A program made the position numbers and the translations under genes. Under the pieces are notes generated by a model that searched no databases, was not told the origin of the DNA, and saw only the letters and a program-made list of their open reading frames with translations. From an uncultured Chloroflexaceae bacterium (GTDB lineage: Bacteria > Chloroflexota > Chloroflexia > Chloroflexales > Chloroflexaceae): 64,000 nucleotides of DNA. Where the stretch lies: positions 74,257 through 138,256 of the forward strand of contig CAZQCG010000004.1 of the NCBI GenBank assembly GCA_964592425.1, given 5' to 3'. This document shows positions 36,090 to 44,434 of this stretch, one piece after another. Numbering within the stretch: position 1 is the stretch's first letter; every line of letters begins with the position of its first letter.

Positions 36090-36237
36090 CAGCGCCTAAG
36101 CAAAGTCGCAAAGCAAACGCCCCCTGGCTACCGCCTGCGCTGCGGCCTACTCCAGATGCGTTCCACGCTTTGATACACGCTTCGCGCTCCTCTCGCGCTC
36201 CTCAGGATGCACAAACCGCAACTTTGCTCAGACCCTA
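36090..36237. repeat. Degenerate ~148 bp MITE-like element
   Basis: Left CAGCGCCTAAGCAAAGT vs reverse complement of right end TAGGGTCTGAGCAAAGT (13/17). Confidence 0.45.
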
Positions 36238-36512
36238 AATCTCTACCATCTTGCCGTTCCAGGCGTGTACAGAGTATGTTATATTGTCAGCATACAATTG
36301 TGGTTTGTCATATTTTGAGCCAGACAATCTAGAGTAATCCTACCTGGGGTTACGAAGGCTCTGGCAGCAACTTCGACCGGTAAGGCTTCAGAATGCCGTG
36401 GAGTTATTGAAGGCTTCACGACCCTGATGGGCTTGCTATACCCATACAAATAAGACAAACTGCAAACTAGAAGTCGTGTTGATGGCGTACCAGATCAAGG
36501 AGGATCGCACCC

Positions 36513-39257
36513 ATGCGGAAGAAGACCCTGACCGTCAATGGCTCGCAGCAAACGGTGATCGCTAACCCTGAGGCTTCCCTTGTTGACGTGTTACGCAAAC
36601 AACTCCACCTCACGGGAACCAAAGTTTCTTGTGACACTGGTCACTGCGGTGCATGCTCCGTCATCGTCAACAACAAGCTGACCCTGGCCTGTCTTACTCC
36701 GCTGAGCAAGGTTCCCGATGGTGCAACCATCACGACCGTGGAAGGGATCGGCCAGCCCGCCGCGCTGCACCCCCTCCAGCTGGCAATGACCACGCGTGGT
36801 GCCGCACAGTGCGGCTTCTGTACACCCGGCTTCGTCGTCTCAGCAAAGGCCTTACTCGACCAGAACCCCAATCCCAGCCGTGAGCAGGTGCGTGACTGGT
36901 TCACCAAGCAGCACAACGCCTGCCGCTGCACCGGCTACAAGCCCATCGTCGATGCAGTGATGGACGCCGCAGCCGTCATGCGCGGCGAGGTTCCGGTCGA
37001 GTTCCTTGAGTACAAGCCCGAACCAGACGGTCGCATCTGGGGCAGCAGTTACCCCCGCCCTAGCGCTGTCGCAAAGGTCACCGGCACCCTCGACTTTGGC
37101 CAGGATCTCGGCCTCAAGCTGCCCCCAGATACCCTCCAGCTCGCGCTCGTCCAGGCGACGGTCTCTCACGCCAACATCCTCTCCATTGATACGCGTGAGG
37201 CCGAGCAAATGCCGGGTGTGGCGGCGGTACTCACCCACAAAGATGTCAAGGGCAAGAATCGCATTACTGGTCTGATCACCTTCCCCACTAACAAGGGTGA
37301 TGGCTGGGATCGTCCGATCCTCTGTGATACCAAGGTCTTCCAGTATGGCGACGCGATCGCGATCGTCTGTGCCGACACGATCGCGCAAGCCAAGGCGGCA
37401 GCCGCAAAGGTCAAAGTCGAATTGGAATTGCTCCCGGCGTATATGAGTGCGCCCGAAGCTATGGCCGACGACGCGATCGCGATCCACCCCGGGACACCAA
37501 ATGTCTACTACCATCAGCGGATTGCGAAAGGCGAGGAGACGACACCCCTGATGAGCAGTGCTGCCCACACCGTCGAGGGCAGTTTCTACCTCCAACGTCA
37601 GCCCCACCTGACCATTGAAGCGGACATGGGCTTCGCCTACTTCGACGAGGAGGATCGGCTCACGATTCACTCAAAGAGCATCGGCCTTTACCTCCACCAC
37701 GCTATGATTGCCCCCGGACTTGGCATCGCACCAGAGAAACTGCGCATGGTGCTCAACCCGGCTGGCGGCACCTTCGGCTACAAGTTCTGCCCAACCATCG
37801 AGGCCCTCTTGGGCGTCGCTGCGATGGCTACCCAACGCCCAGTCTATCTCGAGTATGACTACGAGCAATTCATCACCTACACCGGCAAACGCTCGCCCTT
37901 CTGGGTCACCGTCAAGCTCGGGGCCGACGCTGACGGGAAGCTGGTGGCGATGGAGAGCGACTGGACGGTAGATCACGGCCCCTACTCGGAGTTTGGCGAC
38001 CTGCTCACCCTGCGCGGGGCTCAGTTCATCGGCGCAGGCTACCATATCCCCAACATCCGGGGACAGGGACGCACGGTGGCAACGAACCACGCCTGGGGGG
38101 CCCCCTTCCGCGCCTACGGCTCGCCACAGAGCTTTCTCGCCTCGGAGAGTCTGATGGATGAGTTGGCCGAGAAGATGGGCATCGACCCATTGGAGTTGCG
38201 CGAGCGCAACATCTATCGCCCCGGCGCGACGACACCGACTGGCCAGGCACCGGAGGTTTACCCCTTCCCGCAGATGTTTGAGCAACTGCGCCCGCTCTAC
38301 CTCGAGGCTAAGAAGCGCACCGCCCGCGAGTCGACAGAGCAGGTCAAACGTGGGGTCGGTATCTCTGTCGGTGTCTATGGTGCTGGCCTTGACGGCGTAG
38401 ATGGTGCCGAGGCATGGGCCGAGTTGACCAAGCGTGGGGTGACGATTGCGACAACCTGGCAAGATCACGGGCAAGGCGCAGACATCGGTGCGCTCGGCAC
38501 GGCCCACGAGGCCCTGCGCGCCCTTGAACTCGATGCCAACGAGATCTCTCTCATTCTCAATGATACGGCTCTCGCGCCCAACGGTGGCCCCTCGGGTGGC
38601 AGTCGCAGCCAGGCGGTGATCGGCCAGGCAATCAAGAATGCCTGCGACAACCTGCTCGACGCGCTGCGCAAGGAGGATGGGAGCTACCGCACCTACAACG
38701 AGATGGTCAGCGAGGGGAAGCCGCTACGCTACACGGGCAACTGGGCCGCGACCATGAACAGCAACTGCGATGAGAACGGCCAGGGTAACCCGTTCGCGAC
38801 ATATATGTATGGGGTATTCATGGCTGAGGTGGCCGTGAACATGAAGAGCGGCAAAGCGACCGTAGAGGGTATGACCGTCTTCGCCGACGTAGGCAAGATC
38901 AACAATCGCCTGGCGGTGGATGGGCAGATCTATGGCGGCGTCGCACAGGGCATCGGCCTGGCGCTGAGCGAGGACTTCGAGGATCTGACCAAGCATCGCA
39001 CGCTACGTGACTGTGGCATCCCCTACCCGCGCGATGTCCCTGACCGTTTTGCCATCCATTACATCGAAAGCCCGCGCGAGCATGGAGTCTTTGGCGCAAC
39101 CGGCGTCGGCGAGTTGCCACTCACCTCGCCCCATGTGGCGATCATGAACGCCATCAAGGCTGCTACTGGTGTGCGCATCACCAACCTGCCCGCCCGCCCT
39201 GAGAAGATTCTCGCCGGACTGAGGGCCATCTCGGGTGACCCCGTCACAGCAGGGTGA
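36513..39257 (+). CDS. mop: Molybdopterin aldehyde oxidoreductase, single-chain Desulfovibrio Mop type
   Basis: CDTGHCGAC..C and CGFC..CRC [2Fe-2S] motifs; KNRITGLITFPTNKGDGWDRPILCD, DHGPYSEFGDLLTLRGAQ, GVGELPL match D. gigas Mop as recalled; AAGGAGG RBS. Confidence 0.93.
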   Translation: MRKKTLTVNGSQQTVIANPEASLVDVLRKQLHLTGTKVSCDTGHCGACSVIVNNKLTLACLTPLSKVPDGATITTVEGIGQPAALHPLQLAMTTRGAAQCGFCTPGFVVSAKALLDQNPNPSREQVRDWFTKQHNACRCTGYKPIVDAVMDAAAVMRGEVPVEFLEYKPEPDGRIWGSSYPRPSAVAKVTGTLDFGQDLGLKLPPDTLQLALVQATVSHANILSIDTREAEQMPGVAAVLTHKDVKGKNRITGLITFPTNKGDGWDRPILCDTKVFQYGDAIAIVCADTIAQAKAAAAKVKVELELLPAYMSAPEAMADDAIAIHPGTPNVYYHQRIAKGEETTPLMSSAAHTVEGSFYLQRQPHLTIEADMGFAYFDEEDRLTIHSKSIGLYLHHAMIAPGLGIAPEKLRMVLNPAGGTFGYKFCPTIEALLGVAAMATQRPVYLEYDYEQFITYTGKRSPFWVTVKLGADADGKLVAMESDWTVDHGPYSEFGDLLTLRGAQFIGAGYHIPNIRGQGRTVATNHAWGAPFRAYGSPQSFLASESLMDELAEKMGIDPLELRERNIYRPGATTPTGQAPEVYPFPQMFEQLRPLYLEAKKRTARESTEQVKRGVGISVGVYGAGLDGVDGAEAWAELTKRGVTIATTWQDHGQGADIGALGTAHEALRALELDANEISLILNDTALAPNGGPSGGSRSQAVIGQAIKNACDNLLDALRKEDGSYRTYNEMVSEGKPLRYTGNWAATMNSNCDENGQGNPFATYMYGVFMAEVAVNMKSGKATVEGMTVFADVGKINNRLAVDGQIYGGVAQGIGLALSEDFEDLTKHRTLRDCGIPYPRDVPDRFAIHYIESPREHGVFGATGVGELPLTSPHVAIMNAIKAATGVRITNLPARPEKILAGLRAISGDPVTAG

Positions 39258-39272
39258 CGATCAATCGGGCCG

Positions 39273-39305
39273 AGACCTCGCAGGTCTGGCAGATCTGCGA
39301 GGTCT
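39273..39305. repeat. Intercistronic palindrome
   Basis: AGACCTCGCAGGTCT-ggc-AGATCTGCGAGGTCT (14/15 complementary). Confidence 0.7.
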
Positions 39306-39324
39306 GGGATAGCCGGAAGCCTCT

Positions 39325-41634
39325 ATGGAACAGATTGAGCTGCGGGCGCTTGAAGCTCGCTGTATTCAAGAAGAGCCGCCACCCTGCCAGGCAACATGTC
39401 CTGTCCACGTTGATGTGCGCGCCCTGGCAGGATCGGTAGGCAAGGGCAACTTTGCGGAAGGCCTCGCGATCTTTCGCCGCACGATCCCTTTCCCTCACCT
39501 CGTCGCCCGTATCTGTGATGAGCCTTGCCGATCATTATGCACGCGTGGTGCCGTTGGTGAGCCGATTCAGATCCGTGAATTGGAGCTCGCCTGCGTCAAC
39601 CACGGGACGGTTGCCGCGGAAAAACCCCGTCAGCTACCGCGCCGGCAAGGCCGTGTGGCGGTGGCTGGTGGGGGCCTCAGCGGCATGACAGCCGCCTTCG
39701 ACCTGGCCCGTAAGGGCTACCGCGTAACGCTCTTCGAGGCATGCGATCGCCTTGGCGGGGATCTGTGGCAAACGCCGCCCGACGACTTGCCCTGGGAGCT
39801 TATCAATACCGAGTTGTCCGTGCTTGTCACACTCGGAGTTGAGTTGCGCCTTGGTGAGCCCGTCAACTCCGCCTACACCCTGCGTCAAAACTTCGACGCT
39901 GTCTATGTTGCAACCGGCTCTGGGGCGCAACTGGCTGACCTACCCCAGACGTCCGCAGGCGGAATTGTCACTGAACTAACCACCTTTGCCACCAACCTGG
40001 ACGGCGTCTTTGCTGGCGGCGCTCTGCTGCGCCCCGGTCAGCCACCCTCACCAATCACTGCCATCGCCGATGGGCGTCGAGCCGCGATCTCGATCGACCG
40101 CTACCTTCAGAAGGTTTCGCTTACGGCCTCACGCAGCGCTGAGGGCACCCAGACGACACGGCTCTTCACTAACACAACGGGCATTGTGCCGCTGCTGGCT
40201 GTTCGCCCGGCCCGGCCCGCCGATGGCTTTCACCCCGATGAAGCTGTTGCTGAAGCTGCACGCTGTCTCCTCTGCGAGTGCATGGAGTGCGTGAAGGTTT
40301 GCCCCTACCTTGAGCACTATGATCGCTACCCGCGTAAGGGTATTCGCGAAGTCTACAATAATCTGGCGATCGTCCAGGGCGAGCGCAAGGCCAACCGCTT
40401 CATCAATAGCTGTAGCCTTTGTGGCCTCTGCGCTGAGGTCTGTCCCACCAATCTGAGTATGGGCACCGTCTGCAAGCATGCCCGTCAGGCAATGGTGCGC
40501 CAGGGACGTATGCCGCCCTCGGCCCACGACTTCGCGCTGCGCGACATGGCCTTCAGCAACGGCCCACAGTTCACCGTAGCTCGTCACCAGCCCGGCACAA
40601 CCGCAAGCACCTATGTCTTCTTCCCTGGCTGCCAGCTCAGCGCCTCGACGCCAGAACACGTCGAACGGGTCTACGCCGACCTGCGCCAGCGTATGGGTGC
40701 ATCTGTCGGGCTACTGTTGCACTGCTGCGGTGTCCCAGCTGACTGGGCCGGTCGCCCCGAGTTATTCGCTACGAGCCTGGCTGCGCTCAGCGACCAGTTA
40801 CGCAGCCTGGGAAATCCCACCGTCATCCTGCCCTGCTCGAGTTGCTACCAGACCTTCAAGCTGCATCTGCCTGAGATACGCATCGTCTCGCTCTGGGATC
40901 TCTATGCCGAGCGCGGGCTGCCGCCAGATGCACGAACCGGGGCGTTGACCGTGGCAGTCCATGACCCGTGCAGCACGCGCTATGAGGTGGGCATCCAGGA
41001 GGGTGCGCGAACGATTATTGACCAACTGGGGTACGCCGTCGAAGAATTGTCTCTCAGCCGTCAGAGGACGACCTGCTGTAGCTACGGAGGAGTCCAATGG
41101 CTGGCCAACCCCGCAGTGGCGCGCAAGGTGGTCGAACGCCGCGTCGCCGAGAGCACCCGCGACTACGTGACCTACTGCGCGATGTGTCGCGACTTCTTCG
41201 CGGCCTATGGCAAACGCACACTTCACCTGCTTGACCTTATCTATGGTGATGACGGGCGCAACGGCGGGCGTGGCCCCGGTTTCTCGCAGCGCCACGAAAA
41301 CCGTGCCCGGCTCAAGCGGAGACTGCTTCTGGAGGTCTGGGGAGAGACGATGGATAATCAGGCAAGCTACGAGGCCATCCAGCTCTTTGTTTCCGACGAG
41401 ATCCGCGCACGGATGGAGGAGCGGCACATCCTTGACGAGGATCTGCGCCGCGTGATCGAGCATGCCGAGCGTACCGGCGCACGCTTTCACAACCAGGCCA
41501 GCGGACGCTGGTTAGCAAGCTACAAACCTACGGCAGTCACCTATTGGGTCGAATATGAGCCTCAGGGCGATGGCTTCCTGATCACCAATGCGTACAGCCA
41601 CCGCATGGAGATTGTCGAGGATCACCACGCATGA
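39325..41634 (+). CDS. Flavin/Fe-S oxidoreductase: GltD-like N-terminus, ferredoxin motifs, two CCG domains, small C-terminal domain
   Basis: CQATCP..RICDEPC..C, VAGGGLSG, CLLCECMECVKVCP, CSLCGLCAEVCP, FPGC/CCG/PCSSC, HDPC/CCSYGG/YCAMC. Confidence 0.85.
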   Translation: MEQIELRALEARCIQEEPPPCQATCPVHVDVRALAGSVGKGNFAEGLAIFRRTIPFPHLVARICDEPCRSLCTRGAVGEPIQIRELELACVNHGTVAAEKPRQLPRRQGRVAVAGGGLSGMTAAFDLARKGYRVTLFEACDRLGGDLWQTPPDDLPWELINTELSVLVTLGVELRLGEPVNSAYTLRQNFDAVYVATGSGAQLADLPQTSAGGIVTELTTFATNLDGVFAGGALLRPGQPPSPITAIADGRRAAISIDRYLQKVSLTASRSAEGTQTTRLFTNTTGIVPLLAVRPARPADGFHPDEAVAEAARCLLCECMECVKVCPYLEHYDRYPRKGIREVYNNLAIVQGERKANRFINSCSLCGLCAEVCPTNLSMGTVCKHARQAMVRQGRMPPSAHDFALRDMAFSNGPQFTVARHQPGTTASTYVFFPGCQLSASTPEHVERVYADLRQRMGASVGLLLHCCGVPADWAGRPELFATSLAALSDQLRSLGNPTVILPCSSCYQTFKLHLPEIRIVSLWDLYAERGLPPDARTGALTVAVHDPCSTRYEVGIQEGARTIIDQLGYAVEELSLSRQRTTCCSYGGVQWLANPAVARKVVERRVAESTRDYVTYCAMCRDFFAAYGKRTLHLLDLIYGDDGRNGGRGPGFSQRHENRARLKRRLLLEVWGETMDNQASYEAIQLFVSDEIRARMEERHILDEDLRRVIEHAERTGARFHNQASGRWLASYKPTAVTYWVEYEPQGDGFLITNAYSHRMEIVEDHHA

Positions 41635-41849
41635 GCCAGGATGAACGCGCCGTGTGGGTTAACCACCCCGATCTGGTCTGTGGACGCTGCAACATGGCGC
41701 TCCAGGTGCGTCGGGTGAATGTGACCTACCTGGGAAATGCGTTCCCCGTAGAGTTGCTACGCTGTCCACATTGCGGGCTGACCTTCGTGCCCGAGGTGCT
41801 GGCTATGGGCAAGATGGCCGAAATTGAACAGGCCCTCGAGGACAAGTAG
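41631..41849 (+). CDS. Small Zn-ribbon protein (DVU_1557-like)
   Basis: CGRC...CPHCG, C-terminal EQALEDK; ATGA overlap with upstream gene. Confidence 0.85.
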   Translation: MSQDERAVWVNHPDLVCGRCNMALQVRRVNVTYLGNAFPVELLRCPHCGLTFVPEVLAMGKMAEIEQALEDK

Positions 41850-41850
41850 G

Positions 41851-42594
41851 ATGCTGGCCGACCTGCAGAACCCGCCAATCCGGGCAGGCAACCACTGCCA
41901 TCTGAACCCTCAGCTTGCGGCCTGCGCCCCGCCGATCCACCCTGGCGGGCTGGCCCTGACCCGACATGCCCTGGCACTCTGCGGGGCGCTGCCGGGGGCC
42001 TTGCTACTCGACCTGGGCTGCGGCGGGGGAGCCAGCGTGGCTCTCGCCGCCAGAGAGTTTGGCCTGGTAGCGTTAGGCCTTGATGTGCGTGTGACACCCT
42101 TGCCGCATGGCCAGATCCTCCCCGCTGGAGCGCTGCTTATTCAGGCGATCGCCGAGAGGCTACCGTTGCGCTGCGGCATTATCGACCTTATCCTGGCCGA
42201 ATGCAGCCTGTCGGTGGTCAGTGACCGGGCAGCCACGCTCAGCGAGATTCAGCGAGTGCTCCGTCCCGGCGGTGCGCTGATTATCAGCGATGTCTATCTG
42301 CGCAGCCCCGAGCGTGCACCTGATGTGGGCAACTTGCTGACTACAATGAGGCGTGGGCTGGCCCACTCGTGCGAGGCGATCTGCGCTGAGCTTGCCACGT
42401 ACGGGCTCACGGTCGAACATTGGGAGGATTGCTCAGTGGCTCTACACGATTTCGCCTGTGCAGCACCCCCAGAGGCAATAGCGACCTACTGGCAAGCCGC
42501 GCCAGGTGTCAACCCATTCGACGCCGCGTTGGCCATAGCTCGGGCCCGGCCAGGCTACTTGCTGCTGCTTGCCCGACGGATGGGAAGAGCATAA
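41851..42594 (+). CDS. Class I SAM-dependent methyltransferase (DVU_1556-like)
   Basis: PGGLALT, LLDLGCGGG, AECSLS, RVLRPGG.LIISDVY; ATG 1 nt after the upstream stop. Confidence 0.85.
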   Translation: MLADLQNPPIRAGNHCHLNPQLAACAPPIHPGGLALTRHALALCGALPGALLLDLGCGGGASVALAAREFGLVALGLDVRVTPLPHGQILPAGALLIQAIAERLPLRCGIIDLILAECSLSVVSDRAATLSEIQRVLRPGGALIISDVYLRSPERAPDVGNLLTTMRRGLAHSCEAICAELATYGLTVEHWEDCSVALHDFACAAPPEAIATYWQAAPGVNPFDAALAIARARPGYLLLLARRMGRA

Positions 42595-42596
42595 CA

Positions 42597-43040
42597 ATGG
42601 ACAATTTCAGCCAGACGATCAGCCTTGGGCGGCAAGGTTTTTTCTGCAGCCAGATCCTCATGCTCCAGGGGCTGGCGCTCCAGGGCAAGGAGAATCCCGA
42701 TCTGGTGCGGGCGATCCAGGGCCTCGCGGGCGGTATTGGCTTCACCGGCGGAAACTGCGGCGCATTGAGTGGTGGTGCATGCCTGCTCGGACTCTATGCA
42801 GGTAAGGGTCATGCCGATGAAGAAGAGGATCTACGCCTGATGCTGATGATCGGTGAACTGGTTGCCTGGTTCAAGGATCGCTTTGGGCAAGCGTACGGCG
42901 GGATCGATTGCAGCACGATCCTCGGTGACGGTATGGGCAGTCAACTAACCCGCTGCCCACTCATTGTCGAAGAGACCCTCCAGAAGGTCAAGGAATTACT
43001 CGTCTCGCATGGCTTCGACCTGATGGGCGAAAGCTTCTAA
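42597..43040 (+). CDS. C-GCAxxG-C-C family putative redox protein (DVU_1555-like)
   Basis: CSQ...CGALSGGACL...DC..I...CP; real start ATG 42597 (track start 42420 overlaps the upstream gene). Confidence 0.88.
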   Translation: MDNFSQTISLGRQGFFCSQILMLQGLALQGKENPDLVRAIQGLAGGIGFTGGNCGALSGGACLLGLYAGKGHADEEEDLRLMLMIGELVAWFKDRFGQAYGGIDCSTILGDGMGSQLTRCPLIVEETLQKVKELLVSHGFDLMGESF

Positions 43041-43054
43041 AGATACCTAAACCT

Positions 43055-44434
43055 ATGCTTGACCAGATCCTCGCCGAGACCGAGAGTGTGTGCCCGCAGT
43101 GTCTCGTCCGCATCCCTGCACAACGAGTGGCACGCGGCGAAAACGTCTACCTGCGCAAGGTCTGCCCGGAACATGGACCATTTGAGACGGTGATCTGGCG
43201 TGGGAAACCCACGCTGTCGACCTGGGTCAGCCCAAAGACACCGAGCTTTCCGGTGGCCCCACTCACCAGCGTAACCCATGGCTGCCCCTACGACTGTGGC
43301 CTCTGCGCCGAGCACCAGCAACACTCCTGCTGCGTGCTGTTGGAGGTAACCCAGCGCTGTGACCTGCGCTGTGCCGTTTGTTTCGCCAATGCAGGCAAGA
43401 GTGCCCCACCTGATCCCGACCTGGCGACGATCACGGGCTGGTTCCAGCACCTGCTCGACAGCAGCGGCCCCTGCAATATCCAACTATCGGGCGGGGAACC
43501 ATGTGTGCGCGACGACCTGCCCGAGATCGTCGCAGTGGGGCGGACACTAGGCTTCAGCTTCTTTCAAGTCAACACCAATGGCCTGCGGCTGGCCCGCGAT
43601 CCGGCGTTCGCGACCCGTTTACGTGAGGCAGGCGTCTCTACCATCTTTCTCCAGTTCGATGGCATCAATGATGCGGCCTACATCGCCCTGCGCGGGCGTC
43701 CATTGCTTGCTCAGAAGCAGGCTGCCATCGAACACTGCGCCGCTGCCGGTCTTGGTGTCGTCCTGGTGCCAACCCTGGTACCGGGCGTAAACGTCGATCA
43801 GATCGGTATGATGCTCAGCTTCGCCCTGGAACACATGCCGTCCGTACGAGGGGTTCACTTCCAGCCGATCAGCTACTTCGGGCGCTACCCGCAGCCGCCC
43901 GACGACACTATGCGGATCACTATCCCCGAGGTGATCCGCGCCATCGCAGAGCAGACCGACGGGCGTATGCCCGTCGCCAGCTTCATCCCTGCAGGGGCTG
44001 AGCACGCAATGTGTTCATTCCATGGGAACTTCGTGCTTATGCCAGACGGGCACGTGCTACCCCTTATGCGCAGCCGACCCTCGTCATGCTGTGGCCCATC
44101 AGTACCCGTGATCGCCGAGGAGGGTGCCCGCCGCTCACGCGCCTTTGTGGCCACCCACTGGGCCGCTCCAGTCATCACGCCTTGTAAAAATGAAAATGAT
44201 GGGGCGAGCCTCTTCGGTGAGTGGGATCGTTTCGTCCAGCGGGCAAAAACCCATACCTTCTGCGTTTCGGGGATGGCCTTCCAAGACGCCTGGACCCTCG
44301 ACCTTGAACGACTACGCCTCTGCTATATCCACAACATCAGCCCCAAGGGCCTGGTCGTACCGTTCTGCGCTTACAACCTGACGACTCAGGATGGCCGATC
44401 ACTCTACCGCGTGTCGCACGCCGATCAAGTATGA
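43055..44434 (+). CDS. Radical SAM protein, TrsS/MJ0619-like
   Basis: TESVCPQC..K.CPEHG, CPYDCGLC.EH.QHSC, CDLRCAVC, QLSGGEP, FQPISYFGRY, MAFQDAW, PFCAYN. Confidence 0.88.
   Translation: MLDQILAETESVCPQCLVRIPAQRVARGENVYLRKVCPEHGPFETVIWRGKPTLSTWVSPKTPSFPVAPLTSVTHGCPYDCGLCAEHQQHSCCVLLEVTQRCDLRCAVCFANAGKSAPPDPDLATITGWFQHLLDSSGPCNIQLSGGEPCVRDDLPEIVAVGRTLGFSFFQVNTNGLRLARDPAFATRLREAGVSTIFLQFDGINDAAYIALRGRPLLAQKQAAIEHCAAAGLGVVLVPTLVPGVNVDQIGMMLSFALEHMPSVRGVHFQPISYFGRYPQPPDDTMRITIPEVIRAIAEQTDGRMPVASFIPAGAEHAMCSFHGNFVLMPDGHVLPLMRSRPSSCCGPSVPVIAEEGARRSRAFVATHWAAPVITPCKNENDGASLFGEWDRFVQRAKTHTFCVSGMAFQDAWTLDLERLRLCYIHNISPKGLVVPFCAYNLTTQDGRSLYRVSHADQV

Noticed and set aside
36340-36430. AAGGCT recurring at 27-28 nt spacing upstream of mop (mini-CRISPR or Moco riboswitch?)
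   Set aside because: Shared core is 6-9 nt, no cas genes, no recognisable Moco-motif stems; a negative Infernal/Rfam scan would settle it.
39255-39305. mop UGA followed by a hairpin (selenocysteine read-through?)
   Set aside because: The UGA is at the natural C-terminus, the next gene is out of frame and the hairpin looks like an intergenic palindrome.
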